DNA of 64,000 nt from Botryllus schlosseri (taxonomy: Eukaryota). Of this stretch, positions 1-12,649 are shown piece by piece; positions within the stretch are counted from its first letter, which is position 1, and every line of letters begins with the position of its first letter. The position numbers and the translations under genes are program-made. Location of the stretch: positions 25,296,001 through 25,360,000 of the forward strand of contig CM119379.1 of assembly GCA_051294905.1 (NCBI GenBank), written 5' to 3'. The notes below the pieces were generated by a model. It made no database searches and was not told where the DNA came from. It was given only the letters and a program-made list of their open reading frames with translations.

Positions 1-163
1 ATTATCATATTGTCGCCATAAAATTACCGTCGAAAACACCACGAGATATCTTGACAGTAACATTACTGTCAGATCTAGAAGTAGCAAGGGAAAGCATTCT
101 ATTTAATGACGTGTCATTAGCAGATTTTCAAAGTTCCATCATAATCTATGATAGCACAATCAC

Positions 164-2121
164 CTTCCAGATGTATTTCCCCGTCCGTTGCAGAACCATT
201 TCTTGGTCGAATTGCACATGACAACGCAGTTGGGATCATGGATGCCACAGTACCTGAAACGTTAATATCACATAGAAACCAGCACCAGTGGGATTCAAAT
301 GCATAGGCTCGATGTTGATGATTTGATGTTGTTGAAAGGTTTGGTCAGCAGAATGTCTCTTCAAGTAATCGTAATAATAATGGATAAGGGAATATGCTAG
401 CTTTGCAAAAAGCTTCAACTCCTCAATTATAGTACGGAATGCCAATCATGAAATCACTACAGAAAACCAGTCCAAAATGTCTCGACAGAATCTGGAACAG
501 TGACCTTCAATTTCTTTTCCTCTTGGTACAATATACTACTATTGAAACAATATATTTATTCTCAATCACGGTTCTATATCCTCATAGTAGCCTACTCTAA
601 TAGTACACTACAAGATTCAGTGTTTTCTATGCCAGCCACCGCAATAGCGTAGCTCAATGGCTCATTCGAAACAACATCACATCGCTCACCAAATGCATAA
701 GCAGGATAAAATTTTGGTTGGGAGCATAAAATTTCAACAATACATGACATCGCAGACATATTGTGATAGCATGACAACCACATATTTCCAAAATGCTACA
801 GTTGCGAGTGGCAAACCTTTGTGTTTGCCTGTCTAAGCCGTTCAACACATGCTGTGATTCTGGCATTATAAAGGCCTAGGTGGGTGTCTGATTTCAAAGA
901 CTACTCCAAGTCGCTTCGACACCATCCTATCTTTTCATTGTATCGCAATCTTGATATTTTTGAAAGAACAAAATTAATTACAATGAACTCAAAAACAGTT
1001 ATATTCTCACCCGCAAGCATGTTCCGGAAGATCTTTCGTATAGTAAGTGTCTTCCTCGTCCTCCTCTTCAAATCGCAAGTCTGCGACGCCTTGAGTTGCC
1101 ATGTGGATCTGCTCTTGCAAACCTCCACCTTCGTGATCATCCGTCTTCAGCTCATCATGATTAATCCCATTGATATCAACACCCTGGAAATTGTATAGTA
1201 AATGTTAAGAGCCCCTTGACAAGGGTGGCATTCTACATGATTACTAGGGTTGGCAAATTCAAATACCTGATTCCTAATCGAGTATTAGTCATAACAGTAA
1301 CGGTATGAAAGATCTGGGATGTAGGCCTACCTTTTATGCTGTGACAAGGAATATTACATAGCCAGTTCTACGATCTACACCACATTAAAAATATGTTAGT
1401 GATTATTTGACCATGCTTGTTCAATTGCACTCTGTGCAACTGTCGTGGGTTTATCACGACTTCACAGGTAGCCTACCGTATGTCATTTCTACTAACATAG
1501 TAAGCTTTGCACTACAACTACATGTTTCCTAACCTGTATTACAAATCGAATACCCGAGCGATTAAGACTCTCTCCCTCTCTCTTTCGATTCTGAATCGAG
1601 TTCTACAGCTACACATCACATTAAAGATATTTGGTCTCTTTCCGGCCACCAAACCTATTTCATTGCACTTTGTGACAGTTTGTGTCTTCGCAGATATGTT
1701 TTTGCCACTAACGTAAATAGCTCTGTACTGCATGCCATAGTGGAAAACTGTAACTGTAACTACGTAGTGTGTATATGTGTGAAAAAAAAGCATAAACTGA
1801 CAGCATAGGCCAACTTTCGTACTGCCATCATCAGAATAGGAGCATAAGTTTTTACCTGGCTGTTTTCTGGCAACTCCAACTGGCTTTGAGTTTGTGTTTG
1901 CGTCTGGGTTTGTGACGGCATTGTGAAGTCGGTAAATTCATAATCACTAGCCTGAAAACGGAGAGCATTGTGAATTAAATTTCATACATAACTCGGTTCA
2001 AATTTATGCAGTAGCTCCGTAACCGTACCTGGGTATCGCCGCCAACAGTTAAATCACCGTCTTCAGTGTCCAAGAACGTGAGTGTTTGTGAACTCGGACC
2101 ATAGGCATCCACAGTACCCAT
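164..2121 (-). CDS. UPF1: Regulator of nonsense transcripts 1 (UPF1), 5' part; exons 2029-2121, 1856-1951, 1011-1183, 164-253; continues beyond window start
   Basis: Spliced translation gives [21 protein letters not shown]...DTQ|[16 protein letters not shown]...|...[21 protein letters not shown]|[29 protein letters not shown], the hallmark UPF1 N-terminus and CH zinc-binding domain. All junctions are GT-AG and phase-consistent. Confidence 0.97.
860..985 (+). mobile_element. 3' tail fragment of the abundant CR1/L2-group LINE family (in UPF1 intron)
   Basis: ctaggtgggtgtctgatttcaaagactactccaagtcgcttcgacaccatcctatcttttcattgtatcgcaatcttg matches the 3' UTR that follows the RT C-terminus at 50770-51380. 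Boundaries approximate. Confidence 0.75.
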
Positions 2122-3289
2122 CTTGGCAAAAATCAACGAGTAACCTACACCAATGGACAATTTATCAGGATACTATATTCTGTCAATTTTTAATGGAAAA
2201 TATTAGGGATTTCCTGTTTGCCATCTTCATAGTACGGACTTGGATAACTAATATTTCCAGTGGTCTAATTCAACTAATCAAGAGCGAAATGCAGGTAACC
2301 TAATTTCTGGTTTTCCTTAAAGTGCACTACAGAACTCAGAACTGGGTAAGTGCATATAAGCGAAAACGGCCGAGCTTGGTGTTGAGACATTTGCCATTCT
2401 CATGCAGATTTGAGCAGCGCGATCTCAGATTTGATATCAAATTAACTTGAATTTAGCGGTATTTCTTTTACAAATTCAGCAATTCCAATTCTAATCTAAT
2501 TTGGACAAAATGCGCATGAATAATTCTAATTTTAACCTTATTTGCACAAAACTGAATATAGCTATATAATTCTAATCTAATTTGGAAGAGCTGACAAATT
2601 TCTAGTTATTCAACTCTGGTTCATCTGGTACCATCAGCGCTGTTTGCTATCATAGAAACAGTATATCCAAATTGAGGCGTCAGAAACCGAGCCCGTATAC
2701 ACAGCTGTACAAGCTTAAGTTATTATGCTTGCAGTTCACGACCTTTCTCATATCTTCCAATTATGAACACTGATACTACAGTATTTCCCTATCGACGAAG
2801 ACGATCTAATATAAGCCGGAAGTCTTCTCTAAGCAAAAGTAACGTTTGCGTATATGTGGACTATGGAGCGACTCACTTTTGCTATAGATGATTTCAAAGT
2901 ACCGTTGCTAGTCAACGAAAACAGGGATATGGATCCTCGAGATACAGACACGCTTTTACCATGAGTCGATCAATCGGAAAATCGTTGACCAGTCCTCCTT
3001 CCAGTGAGAACAAGTGAACATCGTTCGATGATTTTCTGTAACCTGCTGCACACCAGGGTCGAGGGAACTAAGCGACGGTGAAACGAGTGGCTCCTGCTCT
3101 GCTTGTCACCAGACAACTAACCGACCGTGACGCATGTTCCTATCATTTTCTTGTACCCACTGCGACCAGTGGTAGTGGTCACGAATGTTACCAGTGAATT
3201 CGGCGTCCCATATCCTTACCGACCCCTAACTTTAACCCCAAGCTAACCGCTATTTCCTAACCCGAATACATGCATAATTTACATACGAT

Positions 3290-3700
3290 CCCGGCCTTGA
3301 TCTGATATCAACCTCGCCTATCGACACATCCGACATTCATTTTCATCGCTAGTCGTTTGTGCTATATCATATTTCTTTCCATCCGGTGTACATGTGAGCA
3401 ATTGTGCATGTAGGCCTACGTACATTCCTCTTATTCAAATCGCCTAGGTGGGGTCGGATCTTTCCATTGCACCGCAGTCTTGTGGTGTTTTGAAATGACG
3501 AGATTCAGTAGGCCCACAGTTCAGTTTATTATCAAAATCTCATCATTTCAAAACACCACAAAACTTCGATACAATGAAAAGATAGGAGGGTGTCGAAACG
3601 GCTTTGAGTAGTCTATGAGATCAGACACCAACCTGGGCCTTGGCGATGTAAAGAGGAAACATGCGCAATTGCGCATTGCACGCTGAATGAAAAGTAATAG
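3290..3700. mobile_element. Two opposed 3' tail fragments of the same LINE family (+ ~3290-3520, - ~3530-3700)
   Basis: Same tail motifs (ctaggtggg...tctttccattgcaccgcagtcttgtggtgttttgaaatg) in both orientations. Boundaries approximate. Confidence 0.65.
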
Positions 3701-5246
3701 AAGTTAATATAAAATGACTAATAAACTCACATTGATACCTAATGCCGCTTCTCATAACTCATTCACCTATTTAGTTATACTGGGCATGTATATCCCTCAC
3801 CTTAGTGAAACATACATTTTCGAATCTGAACACAATATGCTGGCTTTCATAACGTTACAATACATTTTTAACGCCAAATTCTCTGGAATGGTGTGGTGCT
3901 GTGGGCGTGCGGTCGGTTCGGACTTCGGAATCGACAATCATTATTCATTGGCAAAATAGTGGTTAAATCAGGTCTGCTGCCAACTATCCTGTCATAAGTT
4001 GTTGAGTAAAGCCAGTCGTGCCAATAGCAATTTCAAATTTGTTTTCTTTACGTGATTAATTACTCGAAATAGTTGTTGTATAATGTATACTGTGTAATTG
4101 TGTATGTATGATGGATTTTATTATATTACTATGTCTATTTTGAGTTGGAGTATGCACAGAATACTGTTACAGTTGGCAACTGACTCTGGAGGCCTCTCGG
4201 GCCCCTTCTCCCTAGTCTGTAGTGTGACCTATCTATCAATTTATAACAATAACTTGAGGATTGAGTGAACAATGATTTGCGACGATTCATTTTTCACTGC
4301 ACGATTGTACTCAACAGTGACGGATAAATTCCTCTCTACAGAACCAATATATTCATGATAGTTGTAATGGTGGTATTAGCACGGCAATCTATTCCCTTTA
4401 TAATCTATCTGAGTCTATAGCTTGATAACCAAATCCCATTTAATTGATGGAGCTTTAGCATCAGGGTTCAATATCGCAATCTTTGATAGCATCTTACCCT
4501 GGCTCAGAATCCATGTGAAAAGCATGCTTATTTCAAGTAAACATAGATTTACCACTGAGCAAACAACCGGCGCTTCAGCTATTGAATATCATAACATAAA
4601 ACGATTCTTGAAATATATCGTTTCAAAGATGATAATACTTCTGTGACCATAAAATTCGTCCAATACCACGATTTACGCATATAATCAGGCTGGATTCACA
4701 AAAAGTGTTCAGTTACTATGGAGAAGCCATGAAAAATAGATTCAGAATATTGTGCAATTACCTATGTTCAATACTTGTAAAAATAGTGCTTCGGAATATG
4801 TGAATATACTCATGACAACACTATACAATACATAATGTTTTTCATGGTTTGTTCACTATGGCTATTCACTTGGGTTCGACTACTGCGACAAATATTTGTA
4901 ACTGCAGTATGCACAAATATTGAGTGAAAAGAAACTTCAAACACTTGAAGGTGCAATAGAACTGAATATTCTAGACCAAAATTCCTGAAAATTGCACAAT
5001 GTACACAACGACGCGGTGTAAGTCATCAACAAGGCATGGGAAAAGCTGGCAGTATAGCATTGTGTTGGTGAATGTAACTCACTAGTTCACTAGTTCAGTT
5101 CACTAGTTCAGTGTTTCTCAGTGACATTGTGAGATTCGAACGTACAGCAGACCACATTGCAATGGGCCATTTGGTGCAAATTCCACTGTGCTGCAAGCAG
5201 TTCTAGATCCATTGTTCCATTGTTCATCTTAGTTCATTTTGCGACA

Positions 5247-5951
5247 TTAGTCATGTGGATACATCTGATGAGCAGCCGGCCGTGTGTGGAATTGCGCACC
5301 ATCATAAAATTCAAAATAATCCCATACCTTTGGATTAATTATGTGGACGTTAGTGAAGCTACTTATTTTATCTTGTGCAACATAAGTCATATGATTACCA
5401 GGTCTATCCCGGACATCTGCTAATATTAAATAGTGTGGCATATCAAGACTGGATTTGTCTTGTCCATAAATAGCATTTATCCAGTTGGTGGGAGCCTTAC
5501 AATGAATATCCCAGCCAATAATAACACCTCGATAGCCGAATTTATTGTGTTTTATAACTTGTCCGACCCGAAATTTCACAGTCTTTGGCCTTGGTGACCT
5601 TGTCGCAGTAGATTGAGCGAAGTAGCCTTTGTCGCTTCTATACTTGAACATCTCTTTCGCTACATTCTCTCCATTCGGAAACGTTGATGTGGAAAAACTC
5701 TTTGCTTTCAACTTTTCACGAGTTTTTAGGTCGATACGGAATATCGCAACGCCGGTGAAATGATACCATAATCGTAGCATCAGTGTTTTCGCTTGAGCAA
5801 ATGTCTCTTTTGTAGCATCCATCATTTGATGGAGATTGCCGATTCGTATAGAGTTGTTGTTGGCACCATACCATTGCGCAAGGAAGTACTGAGTAGGCAC
5901 TGCGAGAAGTATCAAAACAAGTTGCACATATTGCCTCCTGTTTTCAGGCAT
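5247..5951 (-). CDS. Intronless hemimethylated-DNA-binding (YccV/HspQ-like) domain protein, FBXO21-C-terminus-like, with N-terminal hydrophobic segment and no F-box
   Basis: Uninterrupted ORF from ATG 5951. C-terminal half VKFRVGQVIKHNKFGYRGVIIGWD...MPHYLILAD...TYVAQDKI...PKVWDYFEFYDG matches the YccV-like domain pattern. N-terminal YVQLVLILLAVPTQYFLA is hydrophobic. Confidence 0.85.
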   Translation of the reverse strand: MPENRRQYVQLVLILLAVPTQYFLAQWYGANNNSIRIGNLHQMMDATKETFAQAKTLMLRLWYHFTGVAIFRIDLKTREKLKAKSFSTSTFPNGENVAKEMFKYRSDKGYFAQSTATRSPRPKTVKFRVGQVIKHNKFGYRGVIIGWDIHCKAPTNWINAIYGQDKSSLDMPHYLILADVRDRPGNHMTYVAQDKISSFTNVHIINPKVWDYFEFYDGAQFHTRPAAHQMYPHD

Positions 5952-7030
5952 CGTTAACCGCAAAACGATCTTTTTTTTGTTATAACCATTCGTTCACTCT
6001 CTGTGACAAAAAACATACTTGGCGGATTACAGTCAAAAGGAGGTGCACATATTTTGTCAATGTTGAATAACTACAATGTTGAAAACTATTCTACCGAGTA
6101 GCATCAATGTCGGCAACTATCAACCCTATACCAGCAACAGCAACAATTTCATTATTTTACTCGAGTAGCAACATATCGGCAACTATCTGGGAACGATACT
6201 TCAATATTCTACTAAGTACCAAGTAGCACCACGCCAGCAGTCTCAGCACTGATCCTGCCAACAATATGCACGCATTCTCATTAATCTAGTGACATATACG
6301 AGATTGGCATAGGGATTGTGCAAGTACCGTAATATTACTGCTGTAGTGCAGTGTTTCATCAACATTGAAATAAAAGTGTAACGTTCTAGTATCGGTTATG
6401 AACGACAAAAAAATATGAACAGAATATATTCAAGGCATTCTAAATGACTGATTGTTTTTTTTTACAATACAGCTGCCTTAGCACAACGCCCGAGCTCAAC
6501 AGCGAACTGTGGTAACTGCAACACCAGTACAAAACCGAGGGCACTGTCGCCACACCATCCCTCCACCTCTGAAGCAACTATCTATATATATGAGCTTATT
6601 GACCAAGCTCAACGTCAAGCTACTGTTGCATCAACATGCAGCGCATCAGTGCACTAACAGATTGTAGTCGTGTTGTTTGTCAAGTTCTCACTAAATCGTA
6701 TAAAGCCAATATGTGCATTGTGCAGTTCGGCTTGTGTTGAAACCGCTGAGCTATATAAACCGTAATTTCAGAATATTGCGGTACCATAAAATCATAGCAA
6801 TTTACAGCGTAGCTGGCATGGAGAGTTCCATCTGAATACGATCGATGTTGTGGTTAACAGCGACACCTATCGCTAACGTAATACTTTTTCGTCGTCACCC
6901 GCCAGAACAGAGATGTAAACAGTAGCCGTAGTAACTAGTAACGCTAACTTTCTATACCTGTGGAACTGTGGATTCTGTGTACTTATATCCAGTTATAGTT
7001 GGACGTTGGTACTACAACATAGTCCCAACT

Positions 7031-10000
7031 ATGAGCTCCAATGCCAAACTTTATAAAAGCAGAGGCGGAACGTACTGCTGTATTCCTGAATGCACAAGCT
7101 CAAGTACAAAAGGCGGGTTCAGCCTGTACAAAATCCCTACTAGTTCTGGAAAGCAGTTTGGAGTGAGCACAAAGCAATGGGCGGAGGAGCTTCACCAGGT
7201 AAGATATCTATAGTAAAGAAATGTTATGAAAATGGCATCCCCATAATGTTGGATAATATAGCTCTTACAAAGAACACTGAATCGCGGGATTTTGACAGAA
7301 ATATCCCAACTTGTGTCAGTCTCAAAATTTTGATTTTACAGGTAATCTTCAGATATCGATATGATGCAAATTTCAACATAAAGGTGAAATCAGGAAAAGC
7401 ATATATATGCTCAAGACACTTCCAAGATTGCGATATTCAGCATTCAAGTTGCCGCTCTTTTCTTAAGATGGGAGTGCTTCCAATTTTAAATTTACCAATG
7501 AAATCTCATCCCTCCAAAATTCCCGAAAAAAGACGACTCATTCAAAAAGTTTGTGACAAAACAACCAAGGAAAAAAGGACATCAATTTCAACAATCGATG
7601 GCATTTTGGATTCCTGGAGAACACTTCAACTAAATGGTTGGCGTTGCTTTCAAGCTTCTGATTACTTGCTTCACCTAAGCTATTACGAAAATCCCTTCCT
7701 GCATTCGACCCCTGACGTTAGTCTCCTCGTCACAGAGAAGGACGAATGTCTTCAATTATCTGTTGCATTTGCTGGGGAGTATGCAATGCAATTATCAACC
7801 GAATTAGAATTTGGGACTAAAAGTTTAGAGGATATGCTGCAGTTTCTTCAAACAATGAAAGTCTGTGAAGGCTATGAATCTGTTCCCAACAATGGAGGTT
7901 GGATTGAAAAGAAAGTTCCTCATATGCGTGAGGGTAGATTGGGTTATACCAGAAGGTAAGCAATGTTTTCTGCCACAGTTTAGCCCAATCCACAACATTT
8001 GCATTCTAGATTTTTCAGTGATGATTGCCAAGTCGCCTATTATAGGAAATCGTTGGTATGCCAAACATGTATGATGCACCATGTGGAGTGCATTAACAGT
8101 TTGCAGCGCAGATTGGAACGCAAAGAACGAACTGAAGATCTTCCCTTAGAGAAGACAGCTCCTTTATCAAAGTGCACTAAAGAGAGGCTGAAATGTACTG
8201 TTAGCTCACATCGCACGAGGTATTCATTCTTACAAATATCAGCATAAATTAGCAAATGCTATGTTTGAAACTACCCTATGTAATCTTAGAATCCGTCAGT
8301 TAGAAAAAGAGTCGAAGGATCATGGTGTTACAGTATCACACGCTTTTGAGAATTTAATAGCCAAAGTATCAGATGAGGATAATCTACTTCGTGACTGGTG
8401 GACATGTCAAAAACGGTTACATGAGACTAAGAGCATCCATGGGAGACGTTATGCTCCTTCTGTAATAAGGTAGGAACATCACCCAGTATTATGTATCAGG
8501 GGAGTGAACTATATTTCGTAAATTTGCTACAGATATTGCTTGAAACTTTATGCGAAGTCTCCATCTGCCTACCGGCTAACTCAGAACATTATGATCCTAC
8601 CCAGTGCTCGTACGCTTCGCAACGAAAGGGTTAAAGCAGTTAACAGGTGCAGCATTGGAGTACAGTCAGGTGTTACCAAAAGGATTCGTAACGCAGTCAA
8701 AGCTACAGAAAATTATCATGAACAGTTTGCTGTGGTTTGCATTGACGAAATGACCATAAAAGGCAGGATAGTTTTGGTGTATTCATGTATAGAAGGGAAT
8801 TTATTCTAATTTTATCTCTATAGAGGATCTTGTGTTTCAGTCAAGAAATGGAAAAGTTATTGGTTTTGTAGATTATGACAGTGATGATCTTAATTGCTTG
8901 TCTTCATCATCATCCAAGGTTGCGACTCACATGCTCGCTGTTTATATCCGAGGTAAAGTGCTCCTAAAACTTTTACAATTCTTTTACTATCTCGTTCTTA
9001 TTTAACACAGGAGTTACAAATAAAAAACTGGACGGTGTAGTTGCATTCTACCCAACGAGCGGTGCTTCGTCAGAAGATCTATTCATGGTCCTTTGCCATT
9101 TGCTAGTGGAAATTCCTTATCAAACGGGTGTAACCATTGTTGGTGTAGTGTGTAAGATTTATAATTGATATCATGTCATAGTTACTTTAACATGTACATG
9201 TACATGCTGGTCATCTACAAACGCCATAAATTATGCAATTCGTAGCTTTTTTCACAACTGCACTATTTCAGTTGATGGTCTTGCGGCAAATCGTGCAGTA
9301 TTGAAGTTGCTGTGCAACGTTGAGGAAAATGGAGAAACTCAGTATAGGATGACGAACCCAGTGGAACCTACACGGTGAGAGCCGTGTGTTCAATGTCATA
9401 ATTGACAGAGAGTTGTTGATAATAATACATTATTTTTCAGGTTCATTTACTTTGTTCCAGATCCTCCACATCTTTTAAAAACGGCACGAAACAATTTACT
9501 TAATCCCAAGAAATGCATGTGGAACAATGGACACATTACAATGCAGCCAATCAAAGATTTAGTGAGGGTAGACTAGTGCATTATAATATTTTGTAGGATA
9601 TGTTTATCCTATATGTTCATGCAGAAGGATATTGCGCGTGGCGACTTGAGATTTTACCCACAGCTGACAGAATCGCATATATCACCAACTCCGTGGGAGA
9701 AAATGAATGTTCGTCTAGCTGCGCAAACTCTTTCCTTCACATTAGGTAACTATAATATGACTTTTATGAAACATAACAAATTCAATTTTATAATCTGAGG
9801 AGCACGCTGTGAATTAACTGATCATTCTGAGCACCAAGATTGAATACATCAGAAATTTTGCTATTTCCTATAGGCTTATGGTGGAACTGTACCCAATTTC
9901 TTTTAGGTTCTGCATTGAGTGAGGCATCACCTGCATTGTCGAAGTTTCTCTTTACTATGGACAAGTGGTTTGATTCAATGAATGCTGGATTCCAAGGATC

Positions 10001-10385
10001 CAAATTCAAACCACAGCGCCGGCCATATTATTCAGTTAACGATGACCGTTTGATTTGGCTTGAACAAGAATTCCTAACTTACCTAAATGATTGGCGGGTT
10101 CAGGCTGAAACAAGACCCCTAATGGGTGATGTGAATCGATCCTTAATGATGCTGAGCACTGCGACTGAACAAGGTTTACAAACTGCCACTAAATCCATGA
10201 TTGCCATTGTAAGAGAGTGTTTGAGGATGGGGGCTGATTATGTACTGCCCCGCAGAGTCAACCAAGACCCGCTCGAATCTTATTTCGGTCATCAGAGACA
10301 GCAATGTGCACGAACAGACGCACCTTCTGTGGCACTATTTAGTGCCAATGCCCGATCAGCTGAGGTGTTGCGTGGGGCTTATTGA
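7031..10385 (+). CDS. P-element-type transposase (THAP zinc finger + RNase H DDE core), 11 exons: 7031-7198, 7342-7955, 8010-8219, 8290-8469, 8533-8762, 8824-8952, 9011-9151, 9272-9374, 9441-9567, 9625-9745, 9907-10385; ~833 aa
   Basis: THAP motifs YCCIPEC...W...YICSRHF...VLPILNLP. Core motifs LKLYAKSPSAY..LPSARTLR, CIDEMTIK, FDGLAANR, DPPHLLKTARNNL, KMNVRLAAQTLS, NQDPLESYFG. Exon lengths sum to 2502 nt in one frame. Intron 8763-8823 is GC-AG. Confidence 0.92.
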
Positions 10386-10490
10386 TTTGAGTTCAAGTTT
10401 ACAATAAATTCAACAGAGAAGAAATTGTTATTTTATTGTAAAGAGAGTTACGAGATGTCGAAACAGGCACTTGAAACTTATTAATGAAAT

Positions 10491-11608
10491 TCATTCTTTG
10501 AGCTTTTTTCGTATAGCTGCAGATCGCCTTTTATTTAATTTGGCCTGATTGTGTGCAGCTAATAAATGTTTGAAGTGCATGTGTGCGCGTGCACGCACAA
10601 ATCTTCTGATGAGTAATATCAGCACATCATTCCACGTCACATTGCTGGAAGTACTTAACGCATTGATGACTGCTTGCTCGTCCATGGATTTACTATTAAT
10701 TTGTTTGCGGACTTCCACTTCTGCCGCAATCACAATTGTCATAAATGCATCACTGGGCACGATCAAAAATCCACGGTTCACTTTTTCATATTCCGGGCAA
10801 AGGGAACCAGATTGAGATATCTGCGAAGATACCCACTTTGCATCTTCACCGGAGAACTTCTTAAGTCCCCACTTTAACAGCGCTCCGGATATATACTGCA
10901 ACACCTTTCTGTCATCGTCCGTAAGTGTCGAGTTGTTTGAAGCAGATCTCTGCCCCATTGGTGTTCGTAAACGTATTACTTGGGGAATGACTGCAGTCAG
11001 CATTCTCTTGATATCAATTTCCGTAGGGTCATGGTCGTGTACGGAATAAGTTTTGCGTAACAGCTCAGAATAAATTTTGAGCATATTCTGTTTCGTCCCG
11101 CGGATTTTAAAAATGTCACCAGTCATAGTTTCCCGGAGACCACTCGATATTTCCAGTTTTGACTCTGCTATGGCCTGTTCTATGATGTCTTTTACTAGTG
11201 GAAGAAGTTCATCGGTACCAGAACCAAATAATATTTCCACGCAGAACGGTCCCGGACTTTCGATCAATTCCCCCGGAACAGAAATTTCATCATCCATCTG
11301 ATAAATATAATATCAAGGTCAATGGAATTTCAATTGATAAAGCCTGCAACTGTAACTTATTCACATCGTATAGGCCAAGGACGGTGTTTGATTTGAAAGA
11401 CACTTTCCTATATTTAAATTGTTACAGTATCGCGTGCTTTGAAATGTAAATTAGTAAATGAGCTCAACAAGTTTTCAAAATGATCACAAAACTGCTAATA
11501 GCCGCACTGCAGCAAGGGAATGAGATGATATGGGATACTCACGTCGTCAAAAATCTCCAGCAATTCAGCTTCGCTCAAATCCATCTTCAACAATTCACTT
11601 ACTAGCTT
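10491..11608 (-). CDS. Second transposon gene (spliced; exons 11543-11608 and 10491-11297, plus a probable upstream exon ending at 11709); C-terminal half resembles the P-transposase C-terminal helical domain
   Basis: Open 268-codon terminal exon preceded by acceptor tttatcag. Phase-0 exon KLVSELLKMDLSEAELLEIFDD with cttacag/gtgagt. Motifs LTDDDRKVLQYISGALLK, VNRGFLIVPSDAF, LIRRFVRARAHMHF. Start codon not resolved. Confidence 0.8.
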
Positions 11609-12649
11609 CTGTAAGGACAGTTATGAAAATAAATGATAAATTCCATTGATTTTAAATGAATAATCATTTTAATGCTGCTGCAATACAACGCGACTTGTCT
11701 CCGCTCACGCGCTCAGTGGCGTCACAGTCATACGAAGATTGTCGGCGATTGTCTGTCGGCACCCCATTGTGTGAAACAATGACGATTTCTGACTTCGACG
11801 TCGATTTTGGGTGGGTTTCAGTTCCCGGGCCGGATTTCAACTTATATATTTAGAATCAGTGCGAAATCTGCTTTTGATTGATACCAGTTTTATTCACTTT
11901 TGCGCTCTGGTCCCATCTGTATGATTACCGAGAAACACACTACAGCAGGTTGAAAAGCAGCATCTGTTATCTCACCACTGGGGGCAGTGCGAAACACAAC
12001 ATCGCATACCGAGTTTCCATGCCAGCTACGCTGTAAATTGCTATGATAAAATCACACAAGGATGTTGAGCAATAGTGGATCGATATTTCATGGATTGCCA
12101 GAGAACATGTTCTGTGAATCCGGCCGCACTCATGGCATGCAGGTTGCAGGCGCTACACATCTGTCAAAAGTGGGGAACATCATCATCAATAATAATAGAA
12201 GATATTCAGGTTCGTCTCACCATGAATACACTATAGAATGTAAACGTTTACATTCTATAAATACACTAATGACTAAGCTATTGTCAATTGAAGTTCTGCA
12301 CTTCCGAGCGTCTCTACTATTGTAATTATATATTATCAATCTAAGACACTACTATATTGCGATTTAATCGTAGTGAAGCTCATATATCCGCTGCTGATGT
12401 TGTTGTCGTTCCGATTCACATTTATGTGCAAATTGTGCACTGTGCAGATTGCGCAATGCACATCGAATGAAAATTCGGAAAGAAGCCATAGAAATGTGAA
12501 AGGACCATGTTTCAGCAAGTACAGGCGCGCTGCAAATGAGCGAAGCCAAGTCCGTAATCTCAGGATACAGGCTGAGGTTGTCGGTGAAAACCGTCCCATG
12601 CAGACGCGGACAGGTTTTTTCTGTTATCCACTCAGGGTTAGTGTTTTTT

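Larger units (their letters stand above)
6793..12045 (+). mobile_element. Full-length P-superfamily (THAP9/P-element-like) DNA transposon, 5253 bp, two convergent genes
   Basis: TIR CATAGCAATTTACAGCGTAGCTGGCATGGA at 6793 with exact reverse complement ending at 12045. Identical 7-bp TSD ATAAAAT at 6786-6792 and 12046-12052. Encloses a THAP-domain P transposase. Confidence 0.95.

Noticed and set aside
7177-7341. N-terminus of listed ORF 7177-7959 as protein
   Set aside because: It is read-through of intron 1 (7199-7341). The THAP domain is completed only by splicing to exon 1.
11972-11990. CTCF-like motif near the P-element right end (ccactgggggcag), with a weak counterpart near 6860
   Set aside because: One base short of the core spacing. 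It cannot be supported without a PWM scan.
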